Shown here one piece after another: positions 7,266-18,500 of a stretch of 26,028 nt of DNA. The notes below the pieces were generated by a model. The model was not told where the DNA came from. It worked only from the letters and a program-made list of their open reading frames with translations, and did no database searches. The DNA is taken from IMG/VR virus record IMGVR_UViG_3300032269_000125, positions 1 through 26,028 of that record, one strand, 5' to 3'. Both the position numbers and the translations under genes were made by a program. Source of the stretch: a virus (lineage: Duplodnaviria; Caudoviricetes). Every line of letters starts with the position of its first letter. The first letter of the stretch is position 1.

Positions 7266-9530
7266 ATGGCAAATGCAACACAAGTCACGCAGACCCAATA
7301 TGGCATAGCAGATGAGCTAAAGCCTTTTGCCGAAAATTTATTGGGTCAAGCGCAGGCTTTTACAAACTACAATATGATGCCTTATCGGGAGTATACAGAC
7401 CCGCGTGTGGCGCAATTTTCTCCGCTACAACAACAATCTTACGATTATGCAGGCCAATTGCAGTCATCCCCTCAGTTGAATGATGCTACAGCACTGACTG
7501 GGCAGGCAGGTCTTGGAGGTTTAAACACACAGTACACATATCAGCCATCTAACTTTGGATCCGCATTTAGCGCTGCTAATACTAGGGACGCGCAAGGTAA
7601 TGTGACCGGCAACACCATGATGAACCCCTACATGGAGAATGTAGTGGCTCGGCAACAGCAAGATGCAACACGCCAAGCGGCTATTGCAGGACAAGCGCAA
7701 CAAGCTCAAGCGGCTCGTTCGGGTGCATTTGGCGGCAGTGGTGACTATCTTATGCGGGGGCAAGCCGCAGGTAACTTAGCTCGTCAAAAAGGGGATATTC
7801 AAGCGCAGGGTTTGAACAACGCTTACACTCAGGCGCAAAATCAATATAACACTCAGTATGGTCAGAATGCTGCTCAGCAGCAATTTGGTGCTGGTCTGGG
7901 CATGCAAGGATTAAGTCTTGCTAACCAATCCGCTCAAAATCTTGGTGCTCTTGGTCAAACTCAATATGCTCAAAACATGGGCATTACTGGCTTACAAAAT
8001 CAACTTGGTTTGCAACAGCAGCAACAAGCGCAAAACTTGTTGAACACCCAATACGAAAACTTTACAAATGCGCAAAATTATCCATATAAGCAAATGGCTT
8101 TTATGTCTGACATTATTCGTGGTACGCCATTATTCCAAACTGGTTCATCAATGTATCAACCACCGGGAAACACTATTGGTCAAATTGCTGGTTTAGGCGC
8201 GGGTATATACGGTCTTTCTTCATTGTTTGGTGATAAAAAAGCAGAAGGTGGATCTGTTCATTCATACGCTGGCGGCGGTCAAGTCAATAGCGCCTCTAAT
8301 ATTGAAGGCATTATTAATAAATTAAGCGATGAACAACTAAAGCGAGCTTATCAAGTTGCTTTAGCTGAGCGGGATGTTGAAAAAGTAAATTTAATTAGAC
8401 AAGAAGAGGCGCAACGGTCATCAATGCGTCAGGGAATTTCGTCAGCAATAACTCCTCAGTTTGCTGAAAATATGGAACAAAGCATGGCTACGGGCGGCAT
8501 TGTTGCTTTTGCTGGTAATGATGGTAGCGTTGTAAATGAAGGTGAAAACTATAGCCTTGATGGTATGCGTACACCCAACTCGCGCCCAACAGCTAAGGCC
8601 ACCCAATCTAAACCATCTCCTGTGGTTCAGTCTGCGGTTGCTCAGTTGGCGGCAAAGACGGGTCAAGATCCTGTGGATTTGAATGATGCGACAAAACAAT
8701 TTACCGATATGTTTGAATCAAGGTTCAAGCCTCAAATGGACTTATTACGCGCCAATGTTGAAGCCTCAAAGCCTGACAACGATGCCATACGTCAACAAGG
8801 ACTCGGTCAAGCATTGGCTCAGTTTGGTTTCAAGATGGCTGCAAACGCAGCAAAGCCGGGCGCAAGATTTTTAGAAAGCGCAGCAAGCGCATCGCCTGAG
8901 TTGTCTGATGCTGCCGCAAAGACTCAAGATCTCATGGCTGCTCGTCAGAAGAATTACCAAGACATGCAGATGAGACAGGCGCAGTTTGAAATTCAATTCA
9001 ATAACGGAAACATGAAAGATGCCACAATGTTGGCTGGTCAGCTTCGTCAGCAACAACAAGCCGACAAGATGTATCAATTCAGTATTGCCAAAGCGCAAGA
9101 TGAACTTGCAATCGAAAAACAAAAGCTTGCCCAAACAGGCGCATATTACAGCGCAATGGCTGGTCGTCAACCCGATACAGTCACGGGTTTGGCTAAACAG
9201 ATCTTGCAAGACCCATCGTTTAAAGGCACACCAAATGATGCTCTTGATAAAGCTGCAAATATGCTTAAGGGCGGCATTCCAGCAGCCATTCGCGCTGATG
9301 CAACCACAAAAGCCGCGCTTGCAAATGCGCTTGGTAAAATTGAAGAAAAATACCCTGCGATGATTAGAAAAGGCTCATCTAAGTTTGCGATAGAAAATCA
9401 AACCGCATATGAAAATGCCATCAATAATGCGTACAGCACTTTTGGTGAAGAGCCACCAAGAGCAGGCGGCGCTACACCGGGCGGTGCATCAACTATCATG
9501 CGCTTTGATAACAAAGGCAACCCCATTTAA
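7266..9530 (+). CDS. Putative ejection/DNA-pilot protein, Gln/Ala/Gly-rich
   Basis: 754 aa with AAGGA RBS, MNPYMENVV and GAFGGS motifs, Gln-rich helical stretches and a glycine-zipper-like IGQIAGLGAGIYGLSSLFG. It lies between two other ejection-type genes. Confidence 0.7.
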   Translation: MANATQVTQTQYGIADELKPFAENLLGQAQAFTNYNMMPYREYTDPRVAQFSPLQQQSYDYAGQLQSSPQLNDATALTGQAGLGGLNTQYTYQPSNFGSAFSAANTRDAQGNVTGNTMMNPYMENVVARQQQDATRQAAIAGQAQQAQAARSGAFGGSGDYLMRGQAAGNLARQKGDIQAQGLNNAYTQAQNQYNTQYGQNAAQQQFGAGLGMQGLSLANQSAQNLGALGQTQYAQNMGITGLQNQLGLQQQQQAQNLLNTQYENFTNAQNYPYKQMAFMSDIIRGTPLFQTGSSMYQPPGNTIGQIAGLGAGIYGLSSLFGDKKAEGGSVHSYAGGGQVNSASNIEGIINKLSDEQLKRAYQVALAERDVEKVNLIRQEEAQRSSMRQGISSAITPQFAENMEQSMATGGIVAFAGNDGSVVNEGENYSLDGMRTPNSRPTAKATQSKPSPVVQSAVAQLAAKTGQDPVDLNDATKQFTDMFESRFKPQMDLLRANVEASKPDNDAIRQQGLGQALAQFGFKMAANAAKPGARFLESAASASPELSDAAAKTQDLMAARQKNYQDMQMRQAQFEIQFNNGNMKDATMLAGQLRQQQQADKMYQFSIAKAQDELAIEKQKLAQTGAYYSAMAGRQPDTVTGLAKQILQDPSFKGTPNDALDKAANMLKGGIPAAIRADATTKAALANALGKIEEKYPAMIRKGSSKFAIENQTAYENAINNAYSTFGEEPPRAGGATPGGASTIMRFDNKGNPI

Positions 9531-9541
9531 ACGAGGAAAAA

Positions 9542-12500
9542 ATGACCATTCAAGCCCAATTAGCCGATGGTCGCGTTCTTGAGTTTCCTGACGGCACTGA
9601 CCCCTCAGTTGTTCAAGCTACCGTCAAAAAGGTCATTGCTAACCCATTGGCGGCACAATCTACAGCGTCTTTGGAGTCAGCCAAGTCTGCGCCTGTATCT
9701 TTTGGCGATATAGCTAAATCATTTGGCAGCGGCGTTATTGGCGGCGGCAAAAGCATTGTTGATTTCTTTGGCACTGGGACTGGTGTATCCAAAGGACTTG
9801 GGGAAGCGCAAAATTACTTGCAAGAAGCCTTAACGCCTGAGCGCAAGGCAGAGATTGCTCGACGACAAGAGTTACAAGATCGCGCCGCTCAATCTGGCAG
9901 CTTATTCCAAGAAGCTAAGGCGTTCCTCGGCGGTGTAGCCGAAGCCCCCTTTCAATCCCTAGCACAGGCCGGAGGATCGTCTGTTCCAGCAATCCTTACT
10001 GGAATTATTGCCCTCCCCGCCGAGGCTCCTGCTGCGCTGGCGCTGGGGGTGGGAACCATAGCTAAGCTGGCTGTTGGCGCTATACAGGGCGTTGGCGAGA
10101 TGAAGGGTGGTGTATTCGACGTTGTTAAAGCCGAATACATGAAGCAAGGCAAGACAGAAAAAGAGGCCGAAGCTCTTGCCATTAAGTCATCAGAATACTC
10201 AAGAGAAACAGCTTTCCAAACAGGTGGCGCAGCATTGCTTGGCGCATTAGATGCCGTTACAGGTGCTGAATCCAGCGTAGCTAAAGCTATGCGCAAAGCG
10301 CCTGCTAAAGAAGCCTTTGAAAAAGGTATTGCCGCATTGCCCGAAAAGGCTGTCAAAGCTCCGACTCGCCTTGGTCAACTTGCCAAAGGTGTTGCAGAAG
10401 AAGCCCCGCTTGAAGGCGCTCAAGGTGCTTTTGGTCAGTATGGTGAGAATGTTGCACTGCAACAAGCTGGTGCAGATGTAACACCTATGCAGGGCGTATT
10501 GGGTGCTGGCCTGCGCGATGCTGCCGTAGGTGCTTTGTTTGGCGGCGCGGCTTCTCCACTAAGCATGAAGTCTGCTCGCGAAGATTACGTCACAGATCAA
10601 ACGTTGCGGGAAATCAAAGCCACGCAGGAAGAAGATAAAGCCAAAGATGAAGCGTTTAAACTCTACCAAGACAAACAAGAAGCTACTCGTCAAAACCTTG
10701 GTGTTCCTGACCAAAAAGTATTGGCATTACCTGCGCCAGCAGAAAAGGTCAAGCCATCTATTGAAGAGTTTGATAACCCCGTTGGCAACATTACACGGGA
10801 TGAATTAGGCCCTGAAGTAACAAAGTATGTGGACAAGTTCCGCAGAGACAACAAGCTTCCCCGCCTAAAGACATTTTCAATTGAAGACATCAAGGATGCC
10901 CAACCCGGTATTAATCCCGAGGGTGAGCAAGCTGCAATCGATTCAATCCTTGCAGCCAAAACAGGCTTCACTGGTCAAGAAAGCTACACGCCAGAAGATA
11001 TTCAGAATGCTGCCGTTAAAAACAATGTAGCTACAGAGACGCAAGGCTTTAAAGATTTTCTGACCAAGGTTACCGGCACAGATAAACTTGATGAGATGAC
11101 GCAGCCACAGCTTCATGCTGCGTTTAAATCAGTCATGGACATGAATCGTCCATCGGATGCGCCTCATCTGGTGCTACCTACTGGCACAAATGCTACCCGT
11201 TTCAACGACAAGCAATACGATGCTGGCGTTAAGGCTGCGGCTGATTTGTTTGAGCGCAATCAGGGTAAACCTTTTTCAATTGAGTCTGTTGCTGATACTG
11301 TTCAAGAGGCTACCGGCCTACAAAGACCACAGGATGCACACGCCCTTATTAGCCATGCAATTGAGCGTGGCGACATGTCTAAAGATCAACAAGTTGTTTA
11401 CAGGACATACAAGGAAGGTGCAGATCGACCCACTGCCACATACAAAACCAAAGAAGCGGCAAAAGAAGCGGCTAAGAAGCAAAATGCCAGTGTCAGAGAA
11501 GAAACTCTGACGCAGATTGCGCCAGCAGAAGAACCAGTCCAGCCCGAAAAGGTTAGGGCGGCAATGCCTGCTGGCTATTCAATTGAAACTACCTCCGTCA
11601 AAGAAGGCGAGACTCCTGCTGAATTTCAAATAACTCCCGAAGGCCAAGGCAAACCCTTAACCACGGTTGAGAAGTTGGATGAAGTCCAAGGCAAGATTGA
11701 GCGTTTAACCGGTCTTCGCCGGGACGAGGCAAATAAACAATTAGTTGATGTAAACAAGCATGAGCGGATAATCTTCAAGAGCAAAGCCAATCTTGAAAGC
11801 ATGGAAGCTCGTGGCTTAACCGGAACTGAGGCTTACAAAAAAGCCCAAGCTGCCCATGCACGTGCTGAAGATGTATTGGGTCGCAGAGTTGAGACCCTGT
11901 ACAACAGAATCTCTGAGTTAGAAGCTCCGCTCAAAGCCAAGCCATCAGGCAAGCGCACAGTTACACGAGAAATCCATACCGTCAAGAAGGGCAAGAAGAT
12001 CCTTGGATCTTTCCCTAACCGTGTTGCCGCAGAAGAGAGTCTGCTGACTCAGTTGTCTGACAAGGAATTAGATGCAGTTGCATCTGATACCCGCTTTGGT
12101 GGCATCGCTGACCGCGCACGTAAAGAGCAGGAGAGCCGCAAGTCAGGAGAGAAGGGCATAAGAGTCAAAGGTACAACCGAAGGCTTGGAAAAAGCTGGTG
12201 TACGTACACCTGAGACAGAAGCCAAACTCAAAGAATTAGAAACCAAGCTGAAGCCAATGCTGGACAAGTTTGGTCTGGGCGATGTTGCTTTAAACGTTGT
12301 GCGGGCCATCAATAACAACGCCGAGGGCTCGTTTAAAGGTACAGACAAGCTGATTCAGGTAGCCTTTAACGCTACCAATCCCATCAAAACTATGCGCCAT
12401 GAGGCGCTACATGCGCTTAAAGAACTTGGTTTCTTTACACCTCAGCAATGGAAAGCCTTGGAGAAGCAGGCTAAAGATAAGTGGATAGGCCAGTACCTTG

Positions 12501-15500
12501 AGAACGTCAAGTTTGATGAAAATACATCCCGTTTACAGGCTTACCGAAACCTTGGCTTGACCGAGGATGAAATCATTGAAGAAGCTATTGCTGATGCATT
12601 TGGAAGTTGGGAAGGCGGGCAGAAGCCACCACCCGGACTAATGGCTGCATTGTTTAAACGTTTACAACAGTTCTTTGCTGCGCTGCGTCAAGCATTGACC
12701 GGTGCAGGCTTTGAGTCTGCCGACGAAATATTTGGCAAGATTGAGGCTGGAGAGTTAAAGGCTGGAAAGCAAGCAACCGAAGGCGAAAAGCTTTCTTTAC
12801 GCCAAGGCGTACCCGTTTCAACAGTTCCCATCATGGAAGCTGACGACACTGATGCCCGGGCCGAGCTTGGTTTAAACACTAAAGCTGTTCGCAATAGGTT
12901 TAACAGTGTTCGGGACATTGCTATTGCTTTAAATAATGCAACCAAAGATTCGTTTGGAGTAATGAATCCTAACAATTTGACCAATGAGAACATGGATCGA
13001 ATTGCCAAGGCAATTGCCGACGAGGTTGGCTATCAGCTTTTAACTACATCAGAAACAGGCACAGGCACAGGTTGGTATTCTTCCAATTACCCAAATGCGG
13101 TTAAACGCCTTGGAAAAGTATTTCCCGAACTTGAAAACAACCCGACAGCCCGCTCAGTCTTTTCTGCGGTGGTTGCAGTTTCATCTAATGGAGAGCGCGT
13201 AGCGACCAATATTAAAAACGCCATCAAGATGTATCAGCGCATTCGTCAAGGCAAGAAAATGATTGCCGTTGGAAGCCGACGAGCTACCGCCCTTGAAAAC
13301 AATTTGATGGTAATTCAAGATTTACTTGATGAGCATGGCGATGATTTTGAGAAAGTTCTTCTTGAGACCACCACCGTCAAGGACATGAATGCTGCCTTGC
13401 GCGCCAAGGGAGAAAAGCCTGACACGGCTTACTTGGCAGATACAACTGTCCCCGCCGCCGCCATTTATTTTGGGCCAAAGCTTGGCGCTTTCTTTGCCAA
13501 TTTATCTGGGTCAGAAGGTTATTTAACAATGGATTTGTGGTGGTCGCGCACTTTCAACCGTATGCGCGGCTTGTTAATTCCAAAAGCAACAGACGCATCC
13601 ATCAATACATTCCGTGAAATGATGGATAGGCCCACCGCAAGCCGAGATGAAGTTATTGCGGCAACAATTCCATTAGCAGCCAAGTACAAAGAATACGGAT
13701 TCAACACAGAGCTTGAGCATCTGATGAAATCCAAAGAACCAAAAGAAAAAGTTAACAAGCCAAAGTGGTTTGCCAAAGCTGAAAGGGTTGCAGGGGATGC
13801 TTACGAGCAATTGCTCTATGAGCATAAGCTTGAAAAAATTGCCAACACTATTAATAAAAATGAATTTGAAATGCTTGAGGAAGCGCCTTTTACAGGGACT
13901 GACCGCAAGTTTATGTACGATGCCGCCCGTAAAGCTCAGGGCATGTTGCGCAACAAAGGTGTTAACCTAACACTTGCTGACGTACAGGCGGCTCTTTGGT
14001 ACTATGAAAAACGTCTATATCAAAAATTAAGCGGGAGAAAAGCAGATGACATTGGATATGAAGAAGCAATCAACAGTCAAGCCGCAAAGGGTATTGGACG
14101 AGCAAGACCCTCTGTGGTATTCGGTGGAAAACCTAACAGTGGGGCTGTCACCGGAGGACAGGTCGCGAGTACTGAGGAACTTCGTGGCATCCTTACCGAA
14201 AGCACCTCAGACGAAAGAAAGTACAGCCTCCGCTCAGGAGTAATTATTGAGGTAGCGCCAAACCCCGATCAAGAAGTAGCCAACAAATGGCGGGAGATGA
14301 CTCCTGATGAGCGTTTAAACACAACTAAAGCTGTAGCAAACAAAGCTGTTACTCGTGTTCTTGATGAGCTTGGCTTTAAAGGATATACATCCTACTTCTC
14401 ATCGGGCAAATATGAAGGTGAAGTTAATCCCAACATCATCATTGAAGCGCCTGATGGCGCACCTGCGGAGGATTTGCGTGAGTTAGCTTCTGTTCTGGGT
14501 TATGTGTTGGATCAAAAAGCTATGGTTGCTTTTGATGAAAACAACAAATCCTCTAGCGATCAAAACACATTTGTCAAAGTTGTGCCGCCTTCAGATATGA
14601 GTGAAGCGGATTTGCAACGCTTGCGCAATCATATTGCTGACTCTGTTCCTCAAGCTGATGGCGATACCTTGCGTGATGATGCTTTGTTGTTTGGCAACTT
14701 TTCTGCATACAACAATGGTGTTGAGACTTTGTCAGACAAACAATATCATCAAGCAATTATTGATGCAATTGAGTCTTTTGACTATGATGGAACAATTCAA
14801 GTTTCTGAGCCTGAGACATTCCATAGCGAGATGATTTGGCCCGAGAGCCGCAGTGATTATTTAAAAGGAACAAGGTATGGCAAAAGTTCAGAGGTACAAG
14901 GAAGAGAAGGGGCAGATGTTCGGGGGAGCGGGATCAGCCGTCTTCAGACCATATCGGAAGAAGCAATTGCACTCAGGGACAGATGGATTGACGCCCGAGG
15001 ACAGGCTCGCAGGAGCAGCGGAATCGAGCATTCTAAGGTTGACATCGGGCAACCTACCGCAGAATATGGACAAAAACGAGAAGGCGCAGAAAGCGTAATT
15101 GGCGTTCATTTTAGCCAGCAGCCTCGCAACGTACTATCATCATATTTCCACGGCAATGGCATTCGTGGATTAGAAAAAGAACGTTTAAGTGACCCTGCAA
15201 ATAAAGATATTCGGGACCGTGTTTATTTTTATGTTGATACAGGTAAAGGCGTATTCCCTGAAGCTGGCGTAGGCGGTGCGCAGCATGTTGTACGTTTAAA
15301 CAATTTATACGACATCCAAAAAGATCCGCTAAAGATTGTCAAAACAAATACGGGTATTGATGCGGCTGATAGGGCAAGCAAGCTGGAACGTAAGGTTCTT
15401 AAGGCTGGCTATGATGGATATGTTACCCGCGACCCCATTCAAAACCAAGGCTTCGCCGTTTTGGTTGGCGACCATACCATTAAGACAAATGCCGAAAAGC

Positions 15501-18500
15501 TAAGTCTCCGCACCTATTTCCCTACCGCAGAAGAGGCAGAGAACGCTGCGTATGAGAAGGCCCCGCCCGGGACGGCAGAGTTTAAACGCTTCTTTGGTGG
15601 CAGCACGATTAAAGAAGAAGGTCGTGCAGTGCCAATGTTTCATGCATCACCAAGTGAATTTAATGTTTTTCGCGAGAACAAACCAATTTTTATTAGCCCA
15701 TCGGCATCAGAAGCAGAATTTTTTGGAAAGTTTCATTACGTAGGTAGTAAGCGTGAAAAAGGAAAGGTAAATGTTTATCCTCTTTGGGTTCGCGCAGAAA
15801 CACCTTTTGACTTTGAAAACAAACAACAAGTTGATTTGGTTTATGGTGATTTGTTTGCGCAACTTGGCGAGTTTGCAGGAACGAGAGAGCGTATGGAGTC
15901 GGGAGATTGGTCATACATCGAAGACCCAGCAGTTCTAAACACGTTAAAAAAATTAGGCTTTGATTCTTTCTACGTAAAAGAGGGTGGAATAAAGAACCTC
16001 GCAGTCTTCAATGCAAACCAAGTCAAATCCATAACCGGAAACATTGGTGACTTTGGAGAAAACAAAGACATCCGCTATAGCCTGCCCACCTACAGCAAAG
16101 ATGCGGCAGATGCGGTGGAAAGAACCACTACCCGCCGTGAAGAAAAGGGCTTTATTGGTCGCATCCTTAATGCCATTTACCCTGAGAATTTTTCTGACCT
16201 CCGCGCTCAGTTGATTGATCGTTACGCTCGCCTGAGTTATTACGACAGAAAAATTGCCGAACGCATGGGTGGTGCAAACTTGTTGGCTGATGTGTCGGCA
16301 TCTTCAGCGGCTAACTTCTCTGACCTCGCTGCATCAGTAACGGCTTCTGCGTTTGGCGTTGGCAATCGTCAAGGCGGCGTGCCTGTTTACAAAAATGGCT
16401 TCACAACCATTGATACATCAATCAAGGGCGGCTTGGAAATCCTTAAGCCCCTTGCCAAATTTAACGACCCCAAGGCTTACCAAGATTATCAATTCTGGGC
16501 AGGTTCAAAGCGCGGAGTGCGTTTAAACAAAGAAGGTAAAGAAGAAAACTTTACACCCAAAGATCAGGTTTGGGCAAAAGAAATCTACAACGCTTACAAG
16601 GCTAAAGGCGTTGACTTTGCTGACATCCAATCAGAGATGAACGAGTTCAACAAAGGACTTGTTAAATACATGGTGGACACGGGCGTACTCAGCGCAGAGA
16701 TGGGTGTTGAGTACATGAAGTACAACGATTACATCCCTTTCTATCGACAGATTGAAGGCGAAAAAACTGTTGGGCCAAAGATATTTAATGCCATCAGCGG
16801 AGTTAAGCCACCCAAGAAACTCAAAGGTAGCGAAGCTCCTTTAAACGACTTCTTTGAAAACTTTGTGCGCAACACCCAGTCAGCCATTAACTCAGGCATG
16901 AAAAACGTTGCCGCACAACGAGCCATTGAAGCAGCCTTAAAGATTGGCGATATCTCCGGCGCAGAGAAATTAAACAAGATTGATGACGCACCAGACACCG
17001 TGCAAGTTCTGGAGAATGGCAAGCAGGTTTCTTACCGTGTTGCAGATCAGCTTTTTATCAACGCAGTCAAGAGTTTAAACATGGCAGAGATGCCGATTCT
17101 GGGCATTATTGCTGCGCCATCTAATCTATTACGTAATTTGGTTACCAAAGATCCCGGCTTTATGCTGGCTAACTTGGCGCGTGACTCCTTATCTGCGTGG
17201 GTTACCAGCGGGGCAAAGATCACCCCAATCACAAGCACAGTTGGTAACTTCATAGAAGCTCTGTCAGGCAAGTCCAAGGGCATGCAGGCGCTTTTAAACG
17301 CAGGCATCTTGGGTGGCTACGAGTTCTCCTCCGGTACGCTGAAGAGCGGTGAAGCCTTGGAAAAGGACTTGGAAAAGAAGTACGGATCAAAAGGCAAGTT
17401 CAGTCCCTTGAGAACCTTTACAACAGTATGGGATGCGCTTGAGCATGGCACAGAAGCATCTGATGCCGCCACTCGCATTGCCATTTACGAGCGGGTGCTT
17501 GCAGACACAGGGAACGAGGCAGAAGCCCTGCATCGCTCTTTGGAGGTGATGAACTTCAACCGCAAGGGAAGCTCGCCTCTAGTGCGCATACTGTCCGCCG
17601 CAATACCATTCTTGAATGCTCGCGTCCAAGGCTTAGATGTTTTCTACAGAACAGCCTTTGGTGTGGACGTAGATGCCAACGCAAAAGAAAAGCAAAAAGC
17701 TTTCTTTGTGCGAGGCTTTACCTTGATGGCCTTGTCTGCGGCTTACTTCTTCGCGGTATCGGATGACGATGAATGGAAGAAGCAGGAGCAAGAAACCAAA
17801 GATAACTATTGGATTCTCCCCGGCATTGGTAAGTTCCCTACACCGTTTGAGGTTGGATTCCTGTTTAAAACAGTTCCTGAGCGTCTTATGGCGCTTGCGT
17901 TTAAAGACGATACAACTGAAGATTTTAAGAAGTCAATGCAGCGTGGACTTTTAAACACTTTAGCGTTTAATCCAATCCCCCAATTTGCCAAACCAATCAT
18001 TGAATACAACGCTGATTACAACTTCTTCACAGGCAGGCCAATCCTTGGGCAAGGCATGCAGGGCGTAGCCACTGAGTTTCAAGTTGGACCCAATACAAGT
18101 CAATTCTCACAAGCCTTGGGCAAAGCTTTTGGTATGTCTCCCTTAAAGCTTGATGTGCTGATCCAAAGCTACACAGGAACAATGGGTACATACGGTGTTC
18201 AGCTTATCGATGCTGTTTTGGACTCACAGGGCAACAGCCCACATGCGTCTAAACGCTTTGAGCAGTTGCCAATCATCAAACGATTTGCCGTTGACCCTGA
18301 GGCACGTGGCAACATAACGCAATACTACGAACTTAAAAACGCTGTAGACACTGCTGTGCAAACAGAAAACTTCTTACTCAAGTCGGGTAATGCTGAAGAG
18401 TATGCAAAGTATGTAGAAGAAAACGCAAGTTTATTGGCGGCAAAAGGGTATGTAAGCAACACCGAAAAAGAAATGAAGAAGTATAGAGAGATGCGCAAGC

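Noticed and set aside
11157-17954. Other +1-frame ORFs inside the giant gene (11157, 13770, 14601, 15552, 17763)
   Set aside because: They overlie ordinary or conserved main-frame domains, lack a convincing RBS or a match to domain boundaries, and read like typical frame shadows. Their existence is why the two retained nested ORFs get only moderate confidence.
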